From Myxococcota bacterium (GTDB lineage Bacteria > Myxococcota_A > UBA9160 > UBA4427), in the NCBI GenBank assembly GCA_965250285.1, contig OZ252299.1, positions 2,208,001 through 2,272,000 on the forward strand: 64,000 nt of DNA. The letters run 5' to 3'. The translations under genes were made by a program, and so were the position numbers. Positions within the stretch are counted from its first letter, which is position 1. Every line of letters starts with the position of its first letter. A model generated the notes under the pieces. It did not search any database, was not told where the DNA came from, and saw only the letters and a list, made by a program, of their open reading frames with translations. Below are positions 48,677 through 57,238 of this stretch, piece by piece.

Positions 48677-49597
48677 TCACCGGGCCAGCCAGCCCGCGTC
48701 GATCCAGCGCGCGAGCCAGCCTGCCGCGAGCGCGGCGGGCTCTTCGACCGCCGCGTCGCCCAGGCGCTCGTCGAGCCACAGACCCAGATCGCCGAACGTC
48801 TCGCCACCGGCGACGATTCGAGCCAGCGCTTCGGCCTCCAGTGCATCGACACTGCGAAACACGGCTCGCTCGCGCTCGCGCCAGACGATCAGCGTCTGGG
48901 GCTCGCTTCGCCGGTTGGGCGCTGCCGCATCGCCCCGACGCTGGGCGGTCACCATCTCACCGACCGACCAGCTGAAGGTGAGACGCGCGAACGCCGGCAC
49001 GACCTCGAGCGCGATCTCCGACCAGGCTTCGGGCGCGACCCGGGCGAGGTCGGCGCGCTGCAGTGGCGTCGCGTCGGGGGCATCGAAGACGTCGGCGAAG
49101 GCCCACTCGAGGCGCGCGATGTCATCTACACCCGGGAAGCGCTCACGCGCGAATGCGGCCACGGGATGCTCGGTCAGAAAGTCGGCAAAGGCGTGGCCGA
49201 GGTCTCGCAGGCTCGGCGAGCTCGACGGATGGGCGACGAGGTAGGCCGTCACCAGATCGTGAAAAGCCGCCTCGCCGCAGAGCCAGGCGACGGTCGGATA
49301 GTCGCCCTCGAGCACCTCGAGCAGCCGCGCGAAGTAGGCCTGGGCGTAGACGTCGAGCCGCGCAGGCGCCGCGAGTCGATCGTCGCTGCGCACGGTGCCG
49401 GCGAGGGCGGCGGCGGGATCGGACCAGGCGTCGAGCCAACCCGGCACGCCGGGCCGTCCTTCGAGCGCCGGCTGTACGCCGGTGGGTGCCGTCACCAGCG
49501 CGCGCAGCAGACGCTGCATCTCGACGAGCGATTCGGGCGGCGCAGCGGCGACCGGGGCGCGAGAGGAGACGTGGGCGTCGCCGGGTTCGGTGCTCAT
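48677..49597 (-). CDS. DUF2063 (BufC/HvfC-like) MNIO partner protein
   Basis: RLDVYAQAYFARL..L..DYP, HPSSSPSL..LG..FADFL, DIARLEWA; ATGA overlap with the DUF692 gene. Confidence 0.85.
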   Translation of the reverse strand: MSTEPGDAHVSSRAPVAAAPPESLVEMQRLLRALVTAPTGVQPALEGRPGVPGWLDAWSDPAAALAGTVRSDDRLAAPARLDVYAQAYFARLLEVLEGDYPTVAWLCGEAAFHDLVTAYLVAHPSSSPSLRDLGHAFADFLTEHPVAAFARERFPGVDDIARLEWAFADVFDAPDATPLQRADLARVAPEAWSEIALEVVPAFARLTFSWSVGEMVTAQRRGDAAAPNRRSEPQTLIVWRERERAVFRSVDALEAEALARIVAGGETFGDLGLWLDERLGDAAVEEPAALAAGWLARWIDAGWLAR

Positions 49598-50475
49598 GCG
49601 GCCGCCTCTGCGCACGCGCTCGCCATGAGGCGGCGCGCACGCTGAGCCTCTTCGATCAGGCGATCCAAGGTCGGAAGCTGGTCGTCCCATTCGATCAGGG
49701 TCGAGACGGGGCCAGTCCGCCGGATGACGCGCTCGTAGAGCCGCCACACCTCGTCGCGGACGGGGTGATCGTGGGTATCGATGAGCAGCGGCCCGCTCTC
49801 GGAGTGGCCCGCGAGGTGAATCTGAAAGATGCGCTCGGGTGGGATCGCGTCGAGGTACGTCTCTGCGTCGAAGCCGTGATTGTGCGCGCTCACGAATACG
49901 TTGTTGACGTCGAGGAGCACGCCGCAGTCGGCCCGCTCGGCGAGCGTGGCGATGAACTGCCACTCGTCGAGCTCGTCTTCTTCGAACGAGAGATACGAAG
50001 ACACGTTCTCGACCGCGATGCGGCGGCCGAGTCGATCCTGCACGCGACCGATGCGATCGGCGAGCCAGGCGAGCACGGCTTCGCTCGCGGGGAGCGGCAT
50101 CAGGTCGTGCAGGTGGGCCCCGCCGACGCCCGTCCAGCACAGGTGATCCGAGAGCCAGGCGGGCTCGACACGCTGGGCGAGCGATGCCAATCGGTCGAGA
50201 TAGTCGTCGTCGAGCGGATCGGTCGATCCGAGATTCATGGACACGCCGTGCATCACGACCGGTCGCTCGGCACGCACATCGTCGAGCAGGCGCCCGGGTC
50301 GCCCGCCGCGCACCATGAAGTTCTCTGAGATGACTTCGAGGAAGTCGATCTCGAGATCGCCCGCGCGCGCTCGTCGCAGCACGTCGTCATAGTGCGGCAC
50401 GCGCAGCCCGATGCCGACGCCCAAAGCGGGCGCCTCGACAGGACGTGCGGGGCGGGGTGTCGGAGGCGGCGGCAT
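49594..50475 (-). CDS. DUF692 multinuclear non-heme iron oxidative enzyme (MNIO, BufB/HvfB-like)
   Basis: GIGLRVPH, EVISENF, HGVSM, SDHLCW, HDLMPLP, AVENVSSY, LLDVNN, IHLAGH, IDTHD, LIEWD; start approximate. Confidence 0.93.
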   Translation of the reverse strand: MPPPPTPRPARPVEAPALGVGIGLRVPHYDDVLRRARAGDLEIDFLEVISENFMVRGGRPGRLLDDVRAERPVVMHGVSMNLGSTDPLDDDYLDRLASLAQRVEPAWLSDHLCWTGVGGAHLHDLMPLPASEAVLAWLADRIGRVQDRLGRRIAVENVSSYLSFEEDELDEWQFIATLAERADCGVLLDVNNVFVSAHNHGFDAETYLDAIPPERIFQIHLAGHSESGPLLIDTHDHPVRDEVWRLYERVIRRTGPVSTLIEWDDQLPTLDRLIEEAQRARRLMASACAEAAA

Positions 50476-50555
50476 GGACAGACCCGGGTCGGACACCGTG
50501 AACGCACGCCGTCGCGAACGGAGCCGCATCGGCCCCGCCCGCGACGACCGTGGGC

Positions 50556-50816
50556 TCACTTCTCGGCGAGCGTGCCGCCGGCGGCCTCACACTCTTCGGG
50601 CGTCAGGTAGACCCAGCCCTTGCCCTTGCAGCTGTTCTGACCGCCGCAGTCGTGGCTCGCGGTGTGGCATTCGCCCTGACCCTTGCAGGCGTTGCCGCCG
50701 TCGCACTTCACCTTGCCTTCGCTGGTGCCGCCGTGCTCGTCGGCGGCAGCGGTGCCAGCGGCCCCGAGCGCAAACAGCGCCGCGGCGGCCGAAGCGATGA
50801 CGGTCTTCTTGTCCAT
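50556..50816 (-). CDS. Cys-rich secreted RiPP precursor (bufferin BufA2-type)
   Basis: Sec-type signal peptide, then two C-x-G-x-N-x-C-K-G-x-G units (CDGGNACKGQG, CGGQNSCKGKG) and EECEAAGG; GAGGAG RBS. Confidence 0.88.
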   Translation of the reverse strand: MDKKTVIASAAAALFALGAAGTAAADEHGGTSEGKVKCDGGNACKGQGECHTASHDCGGQNSCKGKGWVYLTPEECEAAGGTLAEK

Positions 50817-50857
50817 TCGGTCGTCTCCTCAATCGGGCGGCCGCGCCGCCCCGTTGG

Positions 50858-50948
50858 GTCGAAGGGCAGGCACGCCCTCGAATCCCGTTTTGGTCGAGGG
50901 GAAGCCATCCCCCCGCCCTTCATCTCCGTCGAGGGCAGGCAGACCCTC
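50858..50948 (-). repeat. Three degenerate hairpin units with 35-nt period in the precursor leader
   Basis: Plus-strand GTCGA(A)GGG starts at 50858, 50893 and 50928; each unit folds as a GGG/CCC stem with a UG(C/G)CU loop on the mRNA strand. Confidence 0.55.
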
Positions 50949-51053
50949 TCGTGGCGTGGCCCGGTGGCTCGCGGCTGACCTGGAGCGCACACGAAGCAGC
51001 CCGGCCCAGCCGTGACCGCGATCACCCGCCCCCCTCGCCGGCTCGTCACCGTG

Positions 51054-51079
51054 TACGTCACGGCGCCCGGTTGGTTTCA
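51054..51079 (-). promoter_or_regulatory. ECF-sigma-type promoter TGAAAC-N16-CGTA for the bufferin-like operon
   Basis: Exact motif on the minus strand about 240 nt upstream of the precursor ATG. Confidence 0.55.
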
Positions 51080-51289
51080 GCGAACCGAGATTTCTCGGCC
51101 CGCCGAAGCCCGTTCACGCCGCGCTCGATAGATTCGTCCAGCTCGCAGCGCGACGCACCGCTCCGGGCGGAGTGATATGCTGCACCCCGACGGCGTGCCG
51201 CCGAAACGAAGGGCTCGCATGGGCCTACGGGGCGGCCCAGCACTGTGCCGACTGGGGCTCAGCACCCGCATCATCCCGGAGAGCCACCG

Positions 51290-52144
51290 ATGAGCGACAC
51301 CCCCTTCGAAGTCCGCCCTCTCGCCGGCTCGATCGGTGCCGAGATTCGCGGCATCGATGTCTCGCGTGCCGTCGATCCGACCCTCGCCGAGAAGCTCCAG
51401 AGCCTGCTGGTCGATCACGGCGTGCTCGTGCTGCGCGATCAGGACATCACGCGCGAGCAGCATCTGGCCTTTGCGCGCACGCTCGGTGAGCCCGATCGGC
51501 ACCCGATCGCCCAGGGCCTCGACGAGATGCCCGACATGATCCGCGTCCACAAGCCGGCCGGCGAGGCCGCGTTCTTCGGGACGAGCTGGCATACCGACAA
51601 CACGTTCTTCGAGGAACCGAGCGCGGTCACGGTGCTGCACGGCGTGACAATTCCGCCCTACGGTGGCGACACGCTCTACGCGTCGACGGAGCGCGCCTGG
51701 GAAGGGCTCTCCGAGCCGCTGAAGCAGTTTCTGCGCCCACTGCAGGCGCGACACAGCGCACAACCCGCCTTCGACCCGCGCGTCGTCGGGGAGGAGAAGT
51801 ACCAGGGCGAAGCGTCGATCAAGTATGAGATGAGCGACGCCGTGTTCGCCGAGGTGACGCATCCCGTCGTGCGCACGCACCCCATCTCGGGACGCCTGTC
51901 GATCTTCGTGAACCCGATGTTCACCACCGGAATCGTCGGCCTCGAGCAGCACGAGAGCGACGCGATCCTTCAGATGCTCTACGCCCACGCGACCCGTCCC
52001 GAGTACACGTGCCGGGTGCGTTGGGAGACGAACAGCCTCGTGCTCTGGGACAACCGGCAGACCCAGCACTACGCCATCGACGACTACTCGAATCATGAGC
52101 GGCTCATGTATCGGGTCACGCTGCGAGGTGAGCGACCCGCGTGA
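51290..52144 (+). CDS. TauD/TfdA-family Fe(II)/2-oxoglutarate dioxygenase
   Basis: IGAEIRGID, WHTD, GGDT, HPVVRTHP, WDNRQTQH, MYRVT. Confidence 0.93.
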   Translation: MSDTPFEVRPLAGSIGAEIRGIDVSRAVDPTLAEKLQSLLVDHGVLVLRDQDITREQHLAFARTLGEPDRHPIAQGLDEMPDMIRVHKPAGEAAFFGTSWHTDNTFFEEPSAVTVLHGVTIPPYGGDTLYASTERAWEGLSEPLKQFLRPLQARHSAQPAFDPRVVGEEKYQGEASIKYEMSDAVFAEVTHPVVRTHPISGRLSIFVNPMFTTGIVGLEQHESDAILQMLYAHATRPEYTCRVRWETNSLVLWDNRQTQHYAIDDYSNHERLMYRVTLRGERPA

Positions 52145-53679
52145 ACCCGCCGACCGCGGTGCCCGAGAGGACACGGGGGCACGTGCGGCCCGCTCGGGCC
52201 GCGCGCGGCGTCTGTGCGGCGTGCGTCGGTGCGGTGCTGCTCGCGCTGGGCCCCGCCCTGCCCGTTCGCGCTCAGACCGAAGACCCGCTCGGCCCGCTCT
52301 TTCCACCCGTCGAGAATCCGATCGACGCGGCGACGACCACCGAACCACCGATCGAGCCCGTCCAGCCGATCGAGGACGAGGTCGCCGACAACGAGGCCGG
52401 CGCGGATGTCGTGCGACGCGCCCTCGAGACGCCCTCGTCCGAGCCGAGCGGCGAGGCGCCGATCGAGGCGAGCCAGCCCAGCGCCGCGGACGAGACGACA
52501 TCGCCGCCCGAGGACGGCATCGCCGAGCCCGTGGTTCCGCTCGATGCCGAAGCCACGGCCGACGCTGCAGCGGACACCGAAGCAGCGACCCAGGCCGAGC
52601 ACGATCAGCTGAGCGAGTCGCGCGATGCGCTCGAAGGCGTCGAAGAGAGCGCCGCGGACGAGAACATCGAGATCCAGATCCCCGAGCCGTGCACGGGCCC
52701 CTGGGACTGGGTGCAGTACTCGTCGGGCGAGTGGCTGCGCGGCGAGTTCAAGCGCATGCGGAAGAAGCGCTTCGAGATGCGCAGCACGCGATTCGACCGG
52801 CGCACCACCGACTGGAAGCACATTCGAGCGTTCTGCTTCGCCGAGAGCACCCGCTTCATCCTCTACGACCACACGGTGCTGGTCGGCAAGGGCACGCTCG
52901 AGAAGGGCGTGCTGACCGTCGTCGGCGACGACATCACCCAGGAGGCTCGGCGCGGAGACATCTGGGCGATCCTCCCGGGCGCGCCCCGCGAGATCAATCG
53001 CTGGCGAAGCAAGGTCACGGTCGGCATCGACACGTCGACGGGCAACACCGACACCGCGGGCGTGACCGGCACGGCGTCGATCGACCGCGAAGACCCGAGC
53101 ACCCACTTCCACGTCGACTACACGGGCACGTTCAACGCCACCGATGGCGAGACGATCGCGGCACGGCACCGCGTGAACCAGGCGATGAACGTCTACTTCA
53201 CCCGTCGGCTCTACGCGTCGCTGCCCTTCGTCGACTACACGTCCGACCGGTTCCAGAATCTGCAGAATCGGGTGGTGCCAGGGCTCAGCCTCGGCTGGAA
53301 GTTCTTCGACGACGACACCATCGAGTGGAGCGTCGACGGTGGCCTCGCCTATCAGTTCACCCAGTACGTCTCGGTGGCCGCCGACCAGAACCTCACCGAG
53401 AACGACTGGGGCCCACGCATCTCATCCTCACTCGACTGGACGATCGTCAAGAATCTCGATCTGGTGGTCGACCACAACACGGTGATCCTGCGCCGCGACT
53501 CGGGTCAGACGAACTTTCACACGAAAGCCGCGCTCAGCTACGAGATCACCGATCTGCTCTTCATCGAGCTGAGCGTGACCCACGACCGCATTCGCGACCC
53601 ACGCGAGAACGCCGACGGCACGACGCCCGAAAAGGACGACCTGCGGTACGTGTTCTCGCTCGGCCTCAACTTCGACTAG
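52141..53679 (+). CDS. DUF481/YdiY-like outer-membrane beta-barrel with long acidic N-terminal extension
   Basis: Signal peptide; GIDTSTGNTD, SDRFQNL..R, GLSLGW, terminal FSLGLNFD. Confidence 0.72.
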   Translation: MNPPTAVPERTRGHVRPARAARGVCAACVGAVLLALGPALPVRAQTEDPLGPLFPPVENPIDAATTTEPPIEPVQPIEDEVADNEAGADVVRRALETPSSEPSGEAPIEASQPSAADETTSPPEDGIAEPVVPLDAEATADAAADTEAATQAEHDQLSESRDALEGVEESAADENIEIQIPEPCTGPWDWVQYSSGEWLRGEFKRMRKKRFEMRSTRFDRRTTDWKHIRAFCFAESTRFILYDHTVLVGKGTLEKGVLTVVGDDITQEARRGDIWAILPGAPREINRWRSKVTVGIDTSTGNTDTAGVTGTASIDREDPSTHFHVDYTGTFNATDGETIAARHRVNQAMNVYFTRRLYASLPFVDYTSDRFQNLQNRVVPGLSLGWKFFDDDTIEWSVDGGLAYQFTQYVSVAADQNLTENDWGPRISSSLDWTIVKNLDLVVDHNTVILRRDSGQTNFHTKAALSYEITDLLFIELSVTHDRIRDPRENADGTTPEKDDLRYVFSLGLNFD

Positions 53680-53700
53680 CGCGCTCGACCGCGCGCAGCC

Positions 53701-54240
53701 TCATGCGGTCAGCTTGGCGAGCAGCTCGTCCGCGACGCGTTCGGCGATCACGACCATCTCGTCGTCGGTGCGGTCCTGGATCGGGTGCTCGACGTAGACC
53801 GCGTCGGGCTCACCGCCCAGCGCGCGGGCCTGCACCTCGGCCCCGTCCTCGAACTCGACCGTGGCGACGAACGCCGAAGGGATGCCTCGCGACTCGAGAT
53901 CCAACGTGTCGTGCACACTGCACGACGTGCAGCTGCCTCAATCGGCGAGGGCTTCGATCACCGCGTCACAACGGGTCGCGATCTCCTGGCGCAGATCGGC
54001 CGGCGCAGGCTTGGTGAACGTCGGCTTGCGGTAGCGGACCACGTCGGCCCCATGCTCGCGCAGGCGCGCCTCGAGACGGTCGAGGAAGACGTCGCCCCGG
54101 GGCTTCGAGATGTCGAGCAGGCCGACGGTGCGGCCCTCGAACCCATCGAGCCGGGCGGCCCGCGGTCGGCCGTCGGGGGCGAGTTCGCCGGTCGGGTCGA
54201 GCAGCAGGCGCTCGCTGCGCGGGTCGATCGTTTCGCTCAT
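53701..54240 (-). CDS. UGSC-type selenoprotein (in-frame UGA = Sec at codon 101; 179 aa)
   Basis: ORFs 53938-54240 and 53701-53916 are in frame; read-through gives ...EALAD-U-GSCTSCSVHDTLDLESRGIP...; SECIS-like hairpin follows. Confidence 0.88.
53908..53926 (-). other. Bacterial SECIS-like stem-loop
   Basis: GUCGUGCA-GUG-UGCACGAC, a perfect 8-bp stem with a GU-starting loop, after an 11-nt spacer from the UGA. Confidence 0.7.
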
Positions 54241-54304
54241 GATCGCTCCTCGGCTGCGGCCGTGCGGGACGGCCCTCGGGTGGACACGGTCGAGGCGGCC
54301 GCCT

Positions 54305-55750
54305 TCACGGCCGAATCTCGCGCGTGACGGGCTGACTGCCGATCTCGCCGTTCGCCCACCCGCCGATCATCGCAGAGAAGAGCCCCGCACCGCCACCGCA
54401 GTGCACGACGAGCAGCCCCTCCGGACGAAACTTCGGCAACATCGCGTCCTTCACGTGCTCGGGGGCCCCTTCGGCGATGCCCCCCGCACCCCGCACGAGC
54501 TCGGCACCCGGGATCAGCAGCAGCTCGTGGAGCCGCTTCTTGAGGTCGTCCTTCGACCAGCCCGCGTCGCGGAACACGCGCGAGTGATCGGGGGCCACGG
54601 CGAGGATGCAGTCGAAGGCCATGATCAGCTTCGGGTGATGCAGCGTGCGCAGGTTGACGGCGAAGCTTCGCGCGAGGCTCTCGGGGTCTCGCGAGAGCTG
54701 ATCGACGATGCTCCGCGGGCCCTCGCCCGGAAACACCGTCACGGTGTCGACGCCCGGCTCGTAGCCGTAGTCGGCCGAGAGCGGCGTCCACGGCGACGCC
54801 TCTTCGTCTTCGGCAAAGCAGAACGAGAGCTTGCCCGGGTTGCCGAACGTCGCGCGATCGACCTCGCCCGGCCGACCGCCGCCGACGTTGCGCACGACGA
54901 GTTGCAGGGCCCGGCCGATCGTCGAGTTCGCGCGGTTGCCCTGCCCGAATACGTTGCCAGCGGCGTTCATCCCGATCCGCCGGCGCACGCCTCCGTTCAC
55001 GATCACGACCGGCGACACGGGCATCGTCGTCGCCAAGAGACCGTGCATGTTGAAAGCGTCGGTGCAGACGGCCTCGACGGCGGCGAGCACGACCGGCAGA
55101 TACTCGGGCAGGCAGCCCGCCATCACGGCGTTGACCGCGACCTTCTCGACCGTGCACGGCGCGAGGTCGGGCGGCACCACCGCGACCACCTCGTCGGGCT
55201 TGCGCAACGTGCCCGCGAGCATGCGCGCGACCCGCGAGCGCGTCGGTGGCACGAGCGGCAGGCCATCGCTCCAGCCGCGCGCGAACATGGCCTCGATCGG
55301 ATCCTCCTGTTCGCCGAGCTCGACGGGCCGCGATGCGAGCGAAAGGCCACCGAAGCGCACGGCGAGCTCGGGGGCGAGTTCGGGATCGACTGAACGCGAG
55401 CCACAGCCCGGCCGCTGCTCGGGCAGCCCTGCCCCGAGGCCTTCGAGCCCGGTGACCGCCTCCCACTCGCCGCGATGCCAGCCGATGGCCCGCTCGGCCT
55501 CGCGGCCGCCCGAGCGGCGCACGATCGTGGGCACGGCCTCGATGCCGCTGCGCCACGAATGCTCGAGCTCGCGGTCGTCGACGACGTCACCCGCCGCAGG
55601 AAAGCTCGGATCGTCCTGGGTGAACACGACGAGGCCAGAGCGCTCCCCGATCTCGGCGAGCACCGGCTCGACGAGCTCGCAGGTCGGGCAATCGCGTTTC
55701 ACGAAGGCGACCAGCCCTTCGTCGGGCAGCGTCGCTGCGGTGCGGGCCAT
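54305..55750 (-). CDS. Thioredoxin-like (CPTC) domain fused to an uncharacterised 'DGLPxxPPT' domain; UGSC partner
   Basis: FVKRDCPTC...IEAVPT; PGCGS; GWSDGLPLVPPT, TVEKVAVNAVMAGC.PEY, RANSTIGRA, GNPGK. Confidence 0.8.
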   Translation of the reverse strand: MARTAATLPDEGLVAFVKRDCPTCELVEPVLAEIGERSGLVVFTQDDPSFPAAGDVVDDRELEHSWRSGIEAVPTIVRRSGGREAERAIGWHRGEWEAVTGLEGLGAGLPEQRPGCGSRSVDPELAPELAVRFGGLSLASRPVELGEQEDPIEAMFARGWSDGLPLVPPTRSRVARMLAGTLRKPDEVVAVVPPDLAPCTVEKVAVNAVMAGCLPEYLPVVLAAVEAVCTDAFNMHGLLATTMPVSPVVIVNGGVRRRIGMNAAGNVFGQGNRANSTIGRALQLVVRNVGGGRPGEVDRATFGNPGKLSFCFAEDEEASPWTPLSADYGYEPGVDTVTVFPGEGPRSIVDQLSRDPESLARSFAVNLRTLHHPKLIMAFDCILAVAPDHSRVFRDAGWSKDDLKKRLHELLLIPGAELVRGAGGIAEGAPEHVKDAMLPKFRPEGLLVVHCGGGAGLFSAMIGGWANGEIGSQPVTREIRP

Positions 55751-55968
55751 GGCACGCCTCCTTCGAAGTCGGACGGGCGCTCGCGCCCGTGCCTCGAGCG
55801 TCGCCCACGGCGCGCGCGCGCGCCAACGGCGCTTCGCGCGGGCCGTCTCGATGCACCGTCACCGCGCGTCATCACCCGGGTCACGACGCCGGTCACGACC
55901 ACGACCCGCGCAGGGCTCGGCCGGCTAGACTGCAGGCCCGAACCGATGCCCGCTCACCCGAGGTCCCG

Positions 55969-57150
55969 ATGCCCGCGATCGACTATCCCGTCTTCGACGC
56001 CGACAACCACTACTACGAAGCCCAGGACGCCTTCACCCGACACCTCGACCCCCGCGTGGGCGGCCGCACCGTGCAGTGGTGCGAGATCGAAGGTCGGCGC
56101 TACCACGTCGTCGGGGGCCGCGTGAGTCGGGCCGTCGCGAACCCGACGTTCGACCCGATCGCGAAGCCCGGGTGCATGTGTGACTACTTCCGAGGCAATC
56201 CGAACGGCCGCAATCCGATCGAGTTCCTCCGCGACCGCGAGCCGATTCGCGCCGAGTACCTCGACCGCGACGCCCGCGTGAAGGTGCTGACCGAGCAGGG
56301 CCTCGAGGCAATCTGGCTCTTCCCGACCCTCGGCGTGCTCTACGAAGAGCTGCTCAAGGAAGACCCCGAAGCGATCACCTGGACGTTCAGGGCGTTCAAC
56401 CAGTGGCTGCACGAAGACTGGGGCTTCGACTACCAAGAGAAGATCTTCGCCGCGCCCTACCTCTCGCTGGCCGACCTCGACTGGGCCGTCCGGGAGCTCG
56501 AGTGGTGCCTCGAGCACGGCGCCCGGCTCATCTGCATCCGCCCCTCGGCGGTCTACTCGCCGATGGGATCGAATTCGCCCGCAGACCCGGTCTTCGACCC
56601 CTTCTGGGCCCGGGTCAACGAGGCCGGCATCACGGTGGTCGTTCACGCGGGCGACTCGGGCTACAGCAGCCAGGGCTACGCCGACGACCGCTTCGGCGCC
56701 ACGTTCGGCGGGGGCTACGGCCCCTCGGTCAAGACGTGGGCGATCGAGCGCGCGTGCCAGGACTTCCTCGCCACGCTGATGTTCGACCGACTCTTCGAGC
56801 GCTTCCCGCGCGTGCGGGTCGCGGCGATCGAGAACGGCTCCGAGTACCTGCCCGATCTGTTCCGCAAGCTCGAATCGAGCGCGAAGCGCATGCCGGGCTA
56901 CTACGCGGAGCACCCGGTCGAGCTCTTCAAGCGCAACGTCTGGATCAACCCGTTCTGGGAGGACGACGTACGCGAGGTGGTCGACCAGATGGGCCCCGAC
57001 CGCGTGATCTTCGGCTCCGACTGGCCGCACATCGAGGGCATGCCCCGGCCGCTCGACTTCCTCGACGAGCTCGACGGCTTCAGCGACGCCGAGGTGCAGC
57101 GCATCATGCGCGACAACGCGCGCGAGCTGAACACGCCCATCTCGGGTTGA
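55969..57150 (+). CDS. Amidohydrolase family protein (amidohydro_2)
   Basis: FDADNHYYE, LFPTLG, VVVHAG, IENG, FGSDWPH. Confidence 0.9.
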   Translation: MPAIDYPVFDADNHYYEAQDAFTRHLDPRVGGRTVQWCEIEGRRYHVVGGRVSRAVANPTFDPIAKPGCMCDYFRGNPNGRNPIEFLRDREPIRAEYLDRDARVKVLTEQGLEAIWLFPTLGVLYEELLKEDPEAITWTFRAFNQWLHEDWGFDYQEKIFAAPYLSLADLDWAVRELEWCLEHGARLICIRPSAVYSPMGSNSPADPVFDPFWARVNEAGITVVVHAGDSGYSSQGYADDRFGATFGGGYGPSVKTWAIERACQDFLATLMFDRLFERFPRVRVAAIENGSEYLPDLFRKLESSAKRMPGYYAEHPVELFKRNVWINPFWEDDVREVVDQMGPDRVIFGSDWPHIEGMPRPLDFLDELDGFSDAEVQRIMRDNARELNTPISG

Positions 57151-57238
57151 GATGCCCGCGCATCGATCGATCTGGCCGGCACCGTGCGGCACCGACCCGA
57201 TCACCGGGCGGCCCGCCGAGCCCGGGAGCGCCAGCTGA

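Noticed and set aside
53701..54240. Two separate small genes or a nonsense pseudogene
   Set aside because: In-frame UGA in a UxxC motif with a correctly spaced hairpin favours selenocysteine recoding
55861..55910. Short GGTCACGAC/CACGAC repeats between divergent genes
   Set aside because: Too short and low in complexity to distinguish from chance at this GC content
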